Assembly (NCBI GenBank): GCA_043228905.1
Contig: JBHGNT010000018.1
Coordinates: 8,494,001 to 8,558,000, forward strand
Reading direction: 5' to 3'
Length of the DNA: 64,000 nucleotides
DNA from: Azolla caroliniana
Lineage: Eukaryota; Plantae; Polypodiophyta
Part shown: in pieces, positions 1 to 12,646 of the stretch
How positions within the stretch are numbered: the stretch's first letter is position 1
Layout: the number at the start of each line of letters is the position of its first letter
Position numbers and translations under genes: made by a program
The notes under the pieces: model-generated
What the model was told of the DNA's origin: nothing
Seen by the model: only the letters and a program-made list of their open reading frames with translations
Databases searched by the model: none

Positions 1-112
1 CATTCACATAAAACTAGAAATAAAAATAATACAAACTTTAAAGAAATGGAGAGTGTCGGTGATGTTGTACAACAGAAGAAAATTGTGTGTGTGTGCATTT
101 ACTTGCAAGATA

Positions 113-177
<65 letters not shown>

Positions 178-2545
178 ATGTTAGCAATATGAAAAATACA
201 ACAGTAACTTAATTACAAAAGGGTTGGTTTAAATAACTTAGGGCAACTGCCCTTTCTACTATTTCCAAAACTAGCCTGAACCTAGGGTGTCCATTGTTAG
301 TGTGAAAGCCACTACATTAGGGAAGTTGGATTTGACTCTGAACACGCCCCTTCAAACACAACTTCTAGTCGCCCGAAAGTCGTCTTTCTGTTTGGCTCGT
401 TTCGGCTTTCGGAATTCCTCAATTTTGTGTTCAGATGGTCAGTCTGATTGGCTTTGACTGTTCTCCTATGTCTTCGGCTACCCTTTGGTCGGTTTGTTGC
501 TACTCTTTTGGTCGTCTTCGATCGATTGATCAACTGTTATTCAATTGTTGCGTTGTGCTCATCGTTTGTTGTACTCCCCCTCAAGCTCGGCAATGCGGCT
601 ATCATTAGGCCAAGGTCTATCATGAATTACTTGAGCTTGTTGACTCCTAAGGCCTTTGTAAAGATGTCGACTATCTAAAGGTTTGTGTTGATGTGCTACA
701 GGTCCACATCTCTAGCCTGAACGTGCTCTCATATGAAGTGGTAGTGCACTTCGATATGCGTCGTGCGCACATGGAACACCGGGTTCCAAGCCAGATGAAT
801 ACCACTCATGTTGTCCCAGTAAACGAGAATCAGATCCTTGATGGGAACGCCCAGATCCTTCAATGTTCTTTTTAGCCAAACGACTTCACATGCTGTGATG
901 GCCATGGCCCTATACTCGGCTTCTGTGCTCAATAGTGCGATTGTCGGCTACTTTTTGTTGCTCCACTACCAAGGGAGAAGACAAACCCGGAGGTCGATCG
1001 CTTATTGGCCTTATACTCGGCCTAGTCTACATCTGTGTACCCTTTGAGTTGAACGATCGTGTCTAACTTATACATGATGGTGTAACCATCGTCCCTCTCA
1101 CGTACCTAAGTACTCTCTTAGCGCACTCTAGATGAATATCTTGAGGTTTCTGAATGAATTGGCTAAGTACACCTACCAGATAGCTAAGGTCGGGTCGTGT
1201 GATGGTAAGATAGATTAAGCTATTGATTAGCTAACGATACTGAGTCGGCTCGCACCCTCGTGTTACAGAGTCAACATTGAGCTTTAGGTTTCGATCGAGA
1301 GGGGTTGACACAAGTTTGCACTCTACCATCCCGAACTTGTATAGTAAGTTAAGAATGTAGTGCCATTGGGAGATCATGATCCCCACTAGTGTCTGAATTA
1401 CTTCTATCCCAAGGAAGTAATGGAGCTCGTGCATATCTTTCATTTCAAATATGCCGGACAAGAGCAATTTGAACTTATTGATGTCGGTTAGATTCCCGCC
1501 TCTGATTACCAGCTCATCCATGTACTGGATGATGACAATCGAACTTTCGAAATCGTGTCTTACGTAGAGGTAGTTTTTCGATTTTGAGTTTCGAAAGCCG
1601 ATTTGGTGAAGATACTGTATAATCTTCGAATGCCAAGCACAAAGTGCTTGCATGAGTCCGTAAAACAACGTCGTACGTTTGAGTGTATCCTTTTTGCTAC
1701 CTGTCATGCTTTGTAGCAGTTGACGGAGCCGTCGACATTACAATTGACCTTGTAGATCCATCTACTACCGATCGCTTTCTTGAGTGGTGAGTGGGGAGCG
1801 GGATCACATGTCTCGTTCTTGCATAACGTCTCCATCTCCTCGTTCATGACTTCCACCCATTGTGGATCCTTTGCTGCGTTGGAAAACATTTCCGGTTCTC
1901 GGACTATCGCCACTTCATCATAAAGGCATAGTAATATGCTATGTAGTCATTGTAGCTGAATTTGTTAACCAGGTTCTTCTCTCAAGTGGAGTGACAAAGT
2001 TTCTCATTTGCGGCGGCTATGACTTTCTTAAATCCATCCGTCCGGATAATTGGAGTTCGAAGGCCTTCGAGCTTACTATCTAGTGAGTGAGTTGACTCGT
2101 TGTCGTCTGGATTTTTGTACTCTAGCATTTTGGCCTTCACTTTGTCCATCTTCGGATTCAACTGGGATGTGTTTCGGTCGTTTAGAGGCTCTTGAGGTCC
2201 ACTTAACCTAGTTGAGATTGGACTTTCTTCTAAGGTATGCCTCAGTCGATCATCCTCTTTTGTTTCGTGGTCGACCGAAATCGGTTGGGGTGGAGTCGGC
2301 TTTGGTTCGTACCATGATGCCGATTCATCGAAAACGACGTCTCGACACACTCGAACTTTCAGGTAGATGGATTATAGCACTTGTAACCCTTTTGTTCGAG
2401 TCAATAACCTACGAGGATACATTTCTCCAACATAGGATTGAGCGTCTATCTCTTCTCTTCAGGAATATGTACATAAGTGATTGAGCCGAATATCCTGATG
2501 TGTGATAAATCCGGATTCTTCCCGAAAACATCTCGCAGGGTGTTA
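1..2545 (-). mobile_element. Decayed Ty1/copia element (integrase C-terminus, RT, RNase H, partial 3' LTR at about 1-344)
   Basis: Minus-strand ORF fragments SRDVVFDE-like (CRDVVFDESASW), WIYKV, LHYFLGIEV, STEAEYRAMA..WL, HIEVHYHF; purine tract GAAGGGGCG followed by TGTT at 344; many stops and frameshifts. Confidence 0.85.
115..173. repeat. (AG)n microsatellite within LTR remnant
   Basis: Pure AG dinucleotide run. Confidence 0.95.
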
Positions 2546-2550
2546 TGTAC

Positions 2551-3790
2551 TTATGATAAGCAAAATAAATCTATAGAAAATAACTTATCTTAATGTTATG
2601 TACTTCATACTTGGTGTATAAGATTATGGGTTCAAGTCTCTCAAATGTTATTCATTACAATATGTAAATCCTTCACGACACCCACCCCCTCTAAACTTGC
2701 ACATTGGATGTGCAAAGTTCATCCAAAATCTTTAAAAAACTCTTCATTCACCTCTTCGAATTGGATGTTCCCTCAAGCATTCTTTGTTTCTTTCATGGTT
2801 AAAAATTAGCCCGTTTTCCTTCCATCCTGACTCTTGATCCTTTCGAAAGTTTAACCATAATCAATCACAATTGTTTCCATCCTTACGGTTGTCATGTATG
2901 GCTTACCAAGGATGACAGGGTAGGTTGATCGATCCTACAAAAAGAAATTTTGATCCACCAACACATCTCATATTGTTACCTTCACACTAGGACATGCTCC
3001 GAATACATCCTCCATCGTTTCTGTTGCAGTTCTTATCTTCCACCCATGATTCTTGTCGATCGGCCACCATCCTTGAGCGTAAAATTATGATGATATCATG
3101 TTAATCTCTGATCCATGATTGATCAAAGCACCACATGGAATTTGTTGCTCAATTTTTGCAGGTGCCTCCATTGTTGCTCGAGCCCAATATTCCCTTGTAT
3201 AGTGACTCCTATCCCCTTCATGAGTTCCAACATCATTTATGTTTTTTACACTTGCCACCATACAAATCTTGGAGTGTTGTTGCACACCCTCCTGTAACTT
3301 CCTCCATCACCTGTTTTATATCCGTCGTTGCCCCTATGTCCGAAGAAAACTTTATCAACTTCCTTTGGCTCAGGACAACCCTTTTCCATCTCTCTTCTCT
3401 TTTGTTCTCGTGTCTCATGTTTCTTTGCTAGATCAGCCTCCTCAACTCTCTTTTACTTCTCTTCCACTGTACCTGTTGTGCATTCACTTGGGCGAATGTT
3501 GATAATGCGTCTACTACATCATTCCATCCAATGAAGTTCCATATTTCATCACCTGCTCTTTTTAATTCATCCACTTGTACCTTCCCTTTTCTTGCATAGT
3601 CCATCAAATCTTGCCAATAGCCAGATCCACCATATGAGTCTTCTACTCGCAATCATAAGGTTGCCATGGATTGTATCGGTTGAATTGTTTTTCTCTTTGC
3701 ATCTTTTATCAGCTTTTTCATTCCTCCTCGCCTGAAGTTGAGTTGGAGTGGTTATTGAGTCTTTGTGCATTGAATCTTACCATCTCGATA
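2551..3790 (-). mobile_element. Remnant of tRNA-Trp-lineage gypsy: gag/protease joined to PPT and start of 3' LTR
   Basis: WARAT..ALINHGSEINM protease-like motif homologous to 11102-11671; PPT AGAGGGGGTGGG then TGTCGTGAAG (LTR start at 2680), homologous to the LTRs at 8281 and 29877. Confidence 0.7.
2586..2640 (+). promoter_or_regulatory. Degenerate tRNA-like Pol III module in LTR U3 (antisense to element)
   Basis: Decayed A box, CTTGGTG loop, B box GGTTCAAGTC at 2629-2638; homologous to 8890 and 30589. Confidence 0.55.
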
Positions 3791-3944
3791 GATTTTATAA
3801 TGATTAAGAGCATCCCTATGTTCTTGACAAATTTCCTTCTGGTGGTAAACAATATCGCACCACCTGAACCTTCGCACAATGCCACCTTCTTGACTTGATG
3901 AGGTTGAGCTTTGTCCCTACTCTAGCTTCGTCCCTTTGATCGAC

Positions 3945-4140
3945 GAGGTTATGCAATTCAACAAAGGCCACCATTTCCCAAAAAAGAATAATATTATCAA
4001 AAATACTTTGCTCTTGTATAAAACTAGTCTGAGAATCATGAATCAGTTCAGAAAGATAAGGTTGTAAACCTCTAGCTATTGTTTTTGCTAATATCTTATA
4101 AATAACATTCAACAAAGTAATTGGCCTCCAATTCGTGCAA
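3945..4140 (-). mobile_element. LINE (L1-like) reverse transcriptase fragment
   Basis: NWRPITLLNVIYKILAK..QTSFI..IFDNI; close copy of about 7719-7896. Confidence 0.85.
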
Positions 4141-4904
4141 GAGTGACTCTTCTACTTTCTTTTCTCCCGACTCGTTCCCCGTTTCTTTTTCATTTCTCTC
4201 TGACAGCTCCATAAATCATAACTTTCTTTTACAGAAATAGGTGCAAGCCCTTTTTACCTCCTCCCAGTCTTTGGTAAATCCACTTGGACGATTTTGATCT
4301 CAAGGCCTTCCTATCCATTGGTGGCTTGTAGAAACAATATTACTTTATTTGGCAATATTATATTTATTTATTTCCTAGAAAATATATCCTCCATTGGTAT
4401 TAGAATTACAGTGGCCAGAGGCCTTATACAAAATAGTACAATATTACATATATCGTAGTCAATATTTGTAGGTAAAGATAAGTAAGAAACACACATAGCC
4501 AATCTTTAGAGACAAAGAAAATACAATGAAGCCATATCCGTCTCTAAATGAACAAGATGAGTAGTCCAACCTCTAGAAAAAAAACCCCAGGAAAGTAGCC
4601 AACTTCTCAAAAGCATGCTTCAGCCTTTCACCAAAACATGCCTACAAAATCGACAAGCTTTAGAAATCTTGGAATGTGATGAAAACTTCGCCAATAACTT
4701 TCAATGGCTTGAGTCGAGCAATGTATTCCAATGTTTTGTTGTGTACTAACTGATTTCAAAGAAACAATTGTAACGGGGTGATGATAGCATTAAAATCTCC
4801 GAGCTTCAAAGCATGTACTCTCGCCGACCCTCAAGAATATGCTTCCAACTACACACCAACACTCATTAACCAAAAAGAAAATGATTCTACTCTCTTCGTG
4901 CCGT

Positions 4905-5345
4905 CATGAAAGTATGCTTCAACCCCTAACAACCTCATCACCCATCCTTATCAAACAGAGAGAATATGCTTCCTTTTCCCCATCCAACATGTCGCCAATT
5001 ACCACCGAAGTCCACATCAACCATCTCGCCGTAGACCATCAAAGTTCCATACATACCAAAAACATAATGACACTACTCTCATGATTCCCTCATGAAATTA
5101 TGCTTCATCCCCCGACACCATTGTCACTCATCCTTGTCAAAAATAGAAAATGTGCCTCGTTTCCCACATCAACTGTCTCATCGTTTACCACCAAAGTCTT
5201 GTACAAAAAAAAAAAGAGTGAATGTGTTGTCCTGATCCCCTCAGGAAAATCTGCTTCAACCCCAACACCTCCATCACTCATCTTTATAAAAAATAGGAGA
5301 TATTCTACATTATTCAAATCAATTGTCTCTCCCATTACCATGGGA
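4905..5345. repeat. Three diverged copies of a ~100-110 bp repeat downstream of LINE ORF2
   Basis: TGCTTCAWCCCC..CAYCC/ACTCATC..TTACCA units starting near 4905, 5090 and 5242. Confidence 0.65.
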
Positions 5346-5399
5346 ATTGTCGACCATCTCGCTGAATCCACCAATATTGATCAATAAGGAGTAATTAAC

Positions 5400-7916
5400 G
5401 TGGACCTCCATCTTAAGTAATGTTGTATGCAGTAAGCATGGCGCCGGTGGCAGAAACAACCAACAAGGTGGAACATAGTTCCACTTAACATCATCACCTA
5501 CACCCAACATAATAGGAATAGCTGACCAGACTCTTCAAATTCTCCTTCTTTTTCGGGTAGTTGTAATTCCATAACCTTTGAAACTATCAAATTCACCTTT
5601 AACCGTATTTACCAATAATTCCCAAAAAGATTTTAGCTATACTTACAACCTAAAAGCCTAAGAATACGAAACCAGAAACATTTGGCTGCAACACATTCCC
5701 AAAAACATGATGCAATGTCTCAGATGCAAACCCACACATAACAAATGATCGATCAGGCATCGGTTCCCTCAGTAAAGCTCCTACTGGCAATGCATAATGA
5801 ATCATGAACCATCGAAAATGCAATACGTTGTTCATACATATAAGTGACCAAAACTGTTTCCAGAACTTCAATCTATCAGAATATGACACATTACCTTCCT
5901 CCCAATACTTTTTCCTAGGAGGTAACGACTCTATCTGATTCAACAAAAAGTTTCTACCCAACGCCACAGAATATGTGAAGAATGGAAGAACCTTCGTTTG
6001 CGAAGTGTCAGACTTGGACAACTTCCAAGCATAATCAAAAGGATTCTAGTGCAGATCAACAATTGGCCTAGAGTGTAAAACCCACATATAAGATGAGTAA
6101 TTAACACTTGGTGGATTAGGATTTATAAATATTAGTTTATCTAATCCAACAATTACTCGTACTAGTAGTTGCTTGGCAGAAGACATAATTGGAGACTCCT
6201 CCTCCACTAATAACAACCTACCATTATCTAGAACTTCATAAAAATAGAGGTGGTCATTTTGATGATATAAACAACCTCCTATAAGTATATTGAATGTCGA
6301 AAACATACCATATCAACTCTAAAAATGATCGAATTGCAAAGTGGGCACTATTACCTGATACATTGTTGACACTTGAGAGAGCATAATATTTACCCCTTTG
6401 AAATTAGACAACCTATTCTTTTGGTCTTGCACTGAAATCTACAGAAAATTTACCCAATCCACAACCGTATAGGTTGGGCCACTATCCATTGCAGTCCAAG
6501 ATAACCAACCTAGGTCGTAAACCCAAAACACATGTAGCCTCATCAGTAAATAAAGGATTCCATAACAACAGTTGACGCATAAATTGATGATAAGTTTTTG
6601 GTAGCCAGAAAACAAATGCTTGACGAATACTTTCCCATGTCCGGAGAATTCCATTACAAAAACGTAAAGACCCAACAGTCGACTTAGGCAACAGAAAATC
6701 CGAGTTAAAGAACCATCTAAGACTATGACATCATTGACCACCTACCAATGGCTTAAATTTATATAAATGACGTTGATAACTTTTTTCATAACTCCTCTCT
6801 TGGCAATAAACTCCTAACAACATGTTTAGCAAGTAATGCTTTACTTTGCATAAAGGGATCAATCAAACCTAAACCTCCTTTTTGTTTAGGCTGTATAAGA
6901 ACTGACCAAGCTACCTTTTCTACAGTATTGTCTACATTAGCATTCCCCCAAATAAAATTCCACACTAGGCGTTAAACTTTAAGCATTAGTGACCTAGAAA
7001 ATAGCCATGTAGACGCTATATACCAAATGGAGGACAAAAGCACCGAATTAGCAACAACTACATGTCCTGGTAGTTATAACTTTTCCTTATTCTAATATAT
7101 TAGCTTATTCCTTAATCTTAACAGCAAAGGCACACTCATATCTTCTACATTGAATTCTAACCCCATTCTACATCCTAAATACCTAATGGAGTTCCCTTTA
7201 GGTATCCACGTGAATCCTAAGCTAGGTTCATTAAATGGAGGATCTCCCGAAACCACCCAAAAACCAGATGATTTATCCCAATTAATCAGTGCACCCGATG
7301 CATTTGAGAAGTCATCCACAACTTTTTGAACCTGCAACAAGTTAAATTATGAGGCGTGAACATAAAGATTTGTATCATCAGCAAACTCACTGTCCACGCC
7401 AACATATGCAAATGGTAGTGCTAAACCTGTGATATTAACATGCTAAGAATTTAAATGTATCGAAAACGCTTTAGATACTAGTAAAAATAGAAAAGGAGCA
7501 AGTGGACATCCTTGTGTTACTAATCTTGAAATAAAGAATTTCTTACCAACATCCCCTACAAATAAAAGAGAATTATGTGCATTATGATATAATGTTGAAA
7601 CATCTCGTATCCATCTGTGGGGAAAACCCATCCTAAGTAAAGTGCCCTCCATAAAATCCCAATCCACTCTATCATAAGCTTTTTCATAATCCAAAAATAA
7701 CACTGCCAAATCTTGTTTATGCAATTCAGCAAAGGCCACAATTTCCCAAAAAAGAATAATATTATCAAAAATACTTCGCTCTTGTATAAAACCAATCTAA
7801 GAATCATGAATCAGTTCAGAAAGATAAGGTTGTAAAGGTCTAGCTATCATTTTTGCTAATTTCTTATAAATAACATTCATCAAAGTAATTGGCCTTCAAT
7901 GACGAAGCTTGCATCC
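5400..7916 (-). mobile_element. 5'-truncated, decayed L1-like LINE ORF2 (RT plus C-terminal zinc-binding region)
   Basis: LDYEKAYDRVDW, QGCPLAPFLF, FADD, SGALINWDKS, RYLG, GGLGL, C-terminal C..C..ET..H motif; many stops. Confidence 0.9.
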
Positions 7917-8258
7917 TTGACATATCATTGAGGTTGTATTCATCGAGTAATGCTCTTTCGAAAGCCCCCGATGTCTGATGCTCCCTCTGTAGCTCCTAGG
8001 TCCTTCCTTGTAGCTCAATCGCAACAACTCGGTTAAGGCTATTAAATTTTGCATACTCGTTGACACCTCGTTTAAGCATCTCTTCATTGTAAATCTTCAA
8101 AAACCTTGTTAAATTCATACCTTCGAAGATTCCTACTCGTGCAAGAATATTGTTGACGGCTTTGTCGATGCTTGTCATCATCCCTTGCTCGCCCAACATT
8201 CATTCCATCATCCTACCCATAAGCCTCATTTGCTCCTCCATCTCCCCTTGTCACCACC

Positions 8259-8276
8259 TTCACATCGGGTTCACCA
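8259..8276 (-). promoter_or_regulatory. Primer binding site, tRNA-Trp
   Basis: TGGTGAACCCGATGTGAA, 17/18 identical to the PBS at 60845, 4 nt from the LTR. Confidence 0.85.
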
Positions 8277-8889
8277 AATATATCCAGGTAGTTGTGGTTT
8301 GTGCGGGAAGTCACAGGGACTAAGGTTAACGGGAGTTTGAGCATATTTTATAAGGATTGTGCAACGATGTCACAGAGATTAAGGATAGGTGAAATAAGAG
8401 ATAAAAATAATGTGCGAGAGAGAGACGACCAAGAACAAGAGATAGAGACAATGTATGATTTAAGAAGCAAGAGTATACGATAAGAACATGATTTATATTA
8501 AAAATACAAGATTTTACCAGCTTTACAATGCTTAATCGCAAGATGCGACTTTTATTTGCCAAACTACAACTTTGAACTCTTGACTTCAATTTTGAAACAC
8601 AAGACTCTTTGTAAATAAGCTAACTAGTTTGATTGATTATTATTTTGATTATTTTGACTTTATCTCTTCTTTTTCTTGATTAATCCCTTAATTCCTTGCC
8701 TCTCTTTATAGGTACTCTTATGCATATGATGATATGAGTGTGCATGGCATGCATGTAATGCATGATCGCCATTTGGCCCACATGCATTATATGTGATGCA
8801 TGATAACGATCTTGCTCATCGGAACTCCCATGTATCAACATAGACATGGCATAAGTATGATTATGAAAATATACCTATAGAAAATAACT

Positions 8890-8945
8890 TATTCTAATGG
8901 TGTATACTTTGTACTTGGTGTATAAGGTTATGGGTTCAAGTCTTT
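8890..8945 (+). promoter_or_regulatory. tRNA-like Pol III module in LTR U3 (antisense to element)
   Basis: TATTCTAATGG A-box-like; stem TTGTA/TATAA around 7-nt loop CTTGGTG; B box GGTTCAAGTC. Confidence 0.65.
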
Positions 8946-9008
8946 CAAATGTTACTCATTACAATATTCAAGTTTATTTTTATACCATGCAACAAATCCT
9001 TTGCGACA

Positions 9009-10035
9009 CTACTTCTGCCCAATATGATTTAGGCAGGTTCTTTTCGTTCATCATCGCCATGGCTACCTCTTATATGTGTCGATTCTTACGTTCAATTACT
9101 TTGTTTTGCTTAGGTGTGTTGGCAAATAAATTTTCGTCGAATTCCTTCCTTTCAGAGATAGGCTATAAATTCGTCTGAGAAGTACTCCTTTCCTCCATCC
9201 GACGGAAGACACCTAACATGCCGTCTTGTTTCCTTTTTTATCCTACTTTTGAGTTTTTGGAAGTGTGCAAACACGTCACTCTTTTGCCTCATGGAGAAGA
9301 TCAAGGCACACTTTTGGAAGTATGCTTGGAGAAGTCATCGATAAAGGTGACAGAGTATCAACATCATCCGAATGTTGCCATCTAAGCTGAACCCCATACA
9401 TCTTAATGTATTACATCCAAGATCCCTTTACTTATGTTCCTCTCTTTCGGGAACGATTGTCAATGTTGCTTGACGAATTGGAAAGCTTACCACACTCTGG
9501 CAATCTCCTTCTTTGTAAAGTCGGGAGTCCGATGACGACTCCTTTTCACTGCATGCCCTTGAGCTTCTGGAGATTGATGTGGTTGATTCTTTTGTGCCAC
9601 ACTTTCAAGTCGGTGTCGACTTTGAAGCCTTTCACAAACCTAGTTGAATTCAACTCATTCGAATCGAGGATGAACATTTGACCTTCTCTTCGACCTTGAG
9701 CAATAAGTCGACTGTGGTTTTCAATAAAGCACTCTTCGTGATTGAACCGTACTTACATGCCTTGTTCTACCATTTGGCCAACTGAGACCAAATGTTTTGT
9801 GATGGTTGGGACATGCAAGACGTTCTTGACGTCGGTTGTTTGTTGTTGTTCTCAAACGGGACATTTCTGACATGCCGAATGGAGTGATTGTGTCATCCCC
9901 AGTTTCAACATAGTCAAGTCGATCGGGCTTTCGCAACTCTTGTAACCAATCTGCAAGTTGCAACTCTCGAGAGAATATTGGCATGATATTGGAGAACAAG
10001 AATGCCGTAAATCGAGTATGGGTGTACATTTGAAC
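9009..10035 (-). mobile_element. Ty1/copia fragment (protease to integrase start)
   Basis: YVETGDDT, VLHVPTITK, and TFIDDFS..FSMRQKS integrase remnants; homologous to 41500-42200. Confidence 0.75.
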
Positions 10036-10039
10036 TAAG

Positions 10040-11850
10040 CCGACAGGGGGTCCGCATCATTGTGATATCCCTACTCTCCACGGATAGCTGGAACTGGTCG
10101 TACCTAGAGTATAAGTCGTTGACTGAATATATTCACCTTCCGGTGAAGGCCTCCGCAAACTTATCAATTGTCCGCCCAAGCCCTGCATTCCGAATCGTCA
10201 CTTTATTGACAGGTTGTAGGTCCTGAATGAAGCGCATTGTGCCGTTCTTCTTCGGCATTGTAAACCACCGATTCAAAGAAGCAGCACTCGACAGTTCGAG
10301 AATCCCTATTTCCACCTTCTCCTTGAGCAGCTCCATCAACTTCGGGATGTGAGCTCTCGGTACCGGAATTTGCTTCAGGTTCCATGGCACACGTGGTACT
10401 GTGAATATTACCATCGGCTCGACGATGGTCGGGTCGACACACCCGATCTCCTTCGGCGAGAATGCAAAGGCCTTCTTGTGCCTCTCGAGCATTCTATGAA
10501 GTCGTTCCTCCTCTGCTGGCAGTAAAGAGCCACCCCCACCGATGTTCAACTTCCGCAACATTTCATCGATGAACCAGTGTCTTATGCCGGTCAGATCTCG
10601 CAAACTTGGGTCCGTTGGAACCCCCTTCATTCGCTCCCAATTTCCTCCAGTAGAAGTGCCGCGACAGGCCTCACCTTCTGGTCCATAGTCTTGTACTTCG
10701 TGTCGACTCGAGCCATCCGGTTCAATTTGACCTTCCTTTTGAAGTTCACGATGACTTCATACATCTCAATGGAACTAATCGGAATTATCCGGTGTTCGCT
10801 CAGGCTCGCACCAATCACCCTCCTAATCTCCCTAAGGGTGTCGGTGATTGAGACCGCCTTCATGGCGCCGCTGATATCCTCGTCCGGGCCCAAGGCTTTG
10901 CATACCTTCAAGCGCCCTTCGACCTATTTCCTCTCCCGGTCGCCAATGCCGTTCACTATATTATACCCTCCGTTGTCAGAGATCCAAAACCTCCTACCTA
11001 TTATACAGGTGTGGGGTATTGGCCGGTTGTCCGGACTATCACGACCCATGCCTTGATAGCCCTCTCTAAATATCCTCTCAGCACTTGGTGCCAAGGGAGT
11101 TCTAGTTCCACTCATGGTTTGGCAAAACCATCATAATTTGGACGGAGTGTTGGCCGCCCTGGCTCTTCACTCGCGCATATGTTGAACCGTTGTCCAACAC
11201 TTTAGTCTCCATATGAGCCATCGTGATGTATGGTTCACCGAGGATGCCCGGATGAGACAAAGTCTCCTGCACGAAGAAATGTTGGTCGATTTTGACATCA
11301 CTAGCCTTCACCCTTACATTTGGGCCAACCCCGTGCAACACTTCCATGGCGTGGGTCGCCACGCTTATCTTTCTCCCATGCTTCTTCTTGATAGGCCATT
11401 TCCCTTTTTTATAGAAGTCCATCAACATCAAGTTTATTTCTGATCCGTAGTCGATTAGTGCTACCACCGGCTCCTTCACATCACCGATCCAAACCAACGT
11501 CTCTGTAGTGGCCCTTGCCCAATGCTGCTTCATGTAGTGGTCGTCAGCGTATTCGGTTTGTATCGTTACTTCATCGATGTGCGCAACCTTTACTTCGATC
11601 GGCCTTTGCAGCTCCTGCTCTGATGAGAGTCGCTTCCTCTTCACGAGGTCGACAATGGAATCGTGGTTCACTCTTTCTTTGCTATTCCTAGCACCTCCCT
11701 CGGGGTGAGTTCCACCCTATTGTCAAGGATTCGTTCCTCCAAGACCTTTCACAGGTCAATCGCTCTCTCTATCTTCGAGCTCAACCGAAACTAAGGAACT
11801 TAGCCTTTTCTTGTGAGGCGGCTGGTGCTCCGTCATTTTTCTTCGAACCG
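10040..11850 (-). mobile_element. gypsy protease to RT N-terminus fragment (tRNA-Trp lineage by homology)
   Basis: ALIDYGSEINLM protease; FAFSPKEIG..VPWN..WFTMPKKNGTMRFIQDLQPVN RT start. Confidence 0.85.
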
Positions 11851-11889
11851 TTCCAGGTGTCATATCGGTTCGAAGTCCAGTCCCTTTGG

Positions 11890-12646
11890 CTGTCCTGGCC
11901 CACTTGGTTCTCGAGTGATAGGTGTCATTCTTGGCAAGGTGGTTGACACAGTGTAGTAGGAAATGTTCCGTCTTATTCCTGGTTCATTGATGAAGTCTCT
12001 CATCCAGATGATTTCCTTGTCAGCTTTGACCAAGGCCATGTATTTGGCTTCCGTGGTTGACAAAGACGCAACCTTCTGCTACCTCGACTGCTACGAAATG
12101 GCTCCCCCTACAAACATCATCACGTATCCGAAAGTTAATCGACTGGCATCTGCATCAGTTGACATGTCGGAATTTGTGAAACCTTCTAGCATGGGGTTGT
12201 CTAAGCCAAATCACAGACACACACTGGACGTGCCTGTCAAGTACAAAAATATCCATTTTACCGTGGCCCAATGCTCTTTTCCGGGATTACTCATAAATTG
12301 ACTAACGACTCTAACTACATATGCAATGTCCGGCCTCGTGCAAACCATTGCATATATCAAACTTCTGACTGCTGAGGCATAGGGAACCTTATTAATCTCA
12401 ACTTTCTCCACTTTCGTCTTCAAACATTGATTTCTATTCAGCCTGTAGTTTGTCGGCAATGTCGAGCCAACTGGCTTCGCGCCCTGCATGTTCAATCTCG
12501 TGAGCAGCTTCGTCACATATTTTTCTTGTGACAACCATGGAAACTTCTTTGTCTGGTCCTAGACAATGTGCATACCCAAAATTTGTTTAGCTTAACCCAT
12601 ATCCTTCATTGCAAAGGACTTTCCCAAACCCTGCTTCAAGCTTGCA
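11890..12646 (-). mobile_element. Tnt1-like copia RT/RNase H fragment; left part of the element at 22664-27322
   Basis: SQEKYV..PYASAV.SLIYAMVCTRPDIAY, STTEAKY; continues the minus-strand RT interrupted at 22664. Confidence 0.8.

Larger units (their letters stand above)
7930..9008 (-). mobile_element. tRNA-Trp-lineage gypsy: 5' LTR (8281-9008), PBS and gag N-terminus
   Basis: gag GIFEGMNLTRFLKIYNEEM homologous to the 60879 ORF; LTR homologous to solo LTR 29877-30843, ending GCGACA at 9008. Confidence 0.85.

Noticed and set aside
3945-4140. Direct repeat with 7719-7896 as LTRs of one element
   Set aside because: Both are LINE RT coding sequence without TG..CA ends, PBS or PPT
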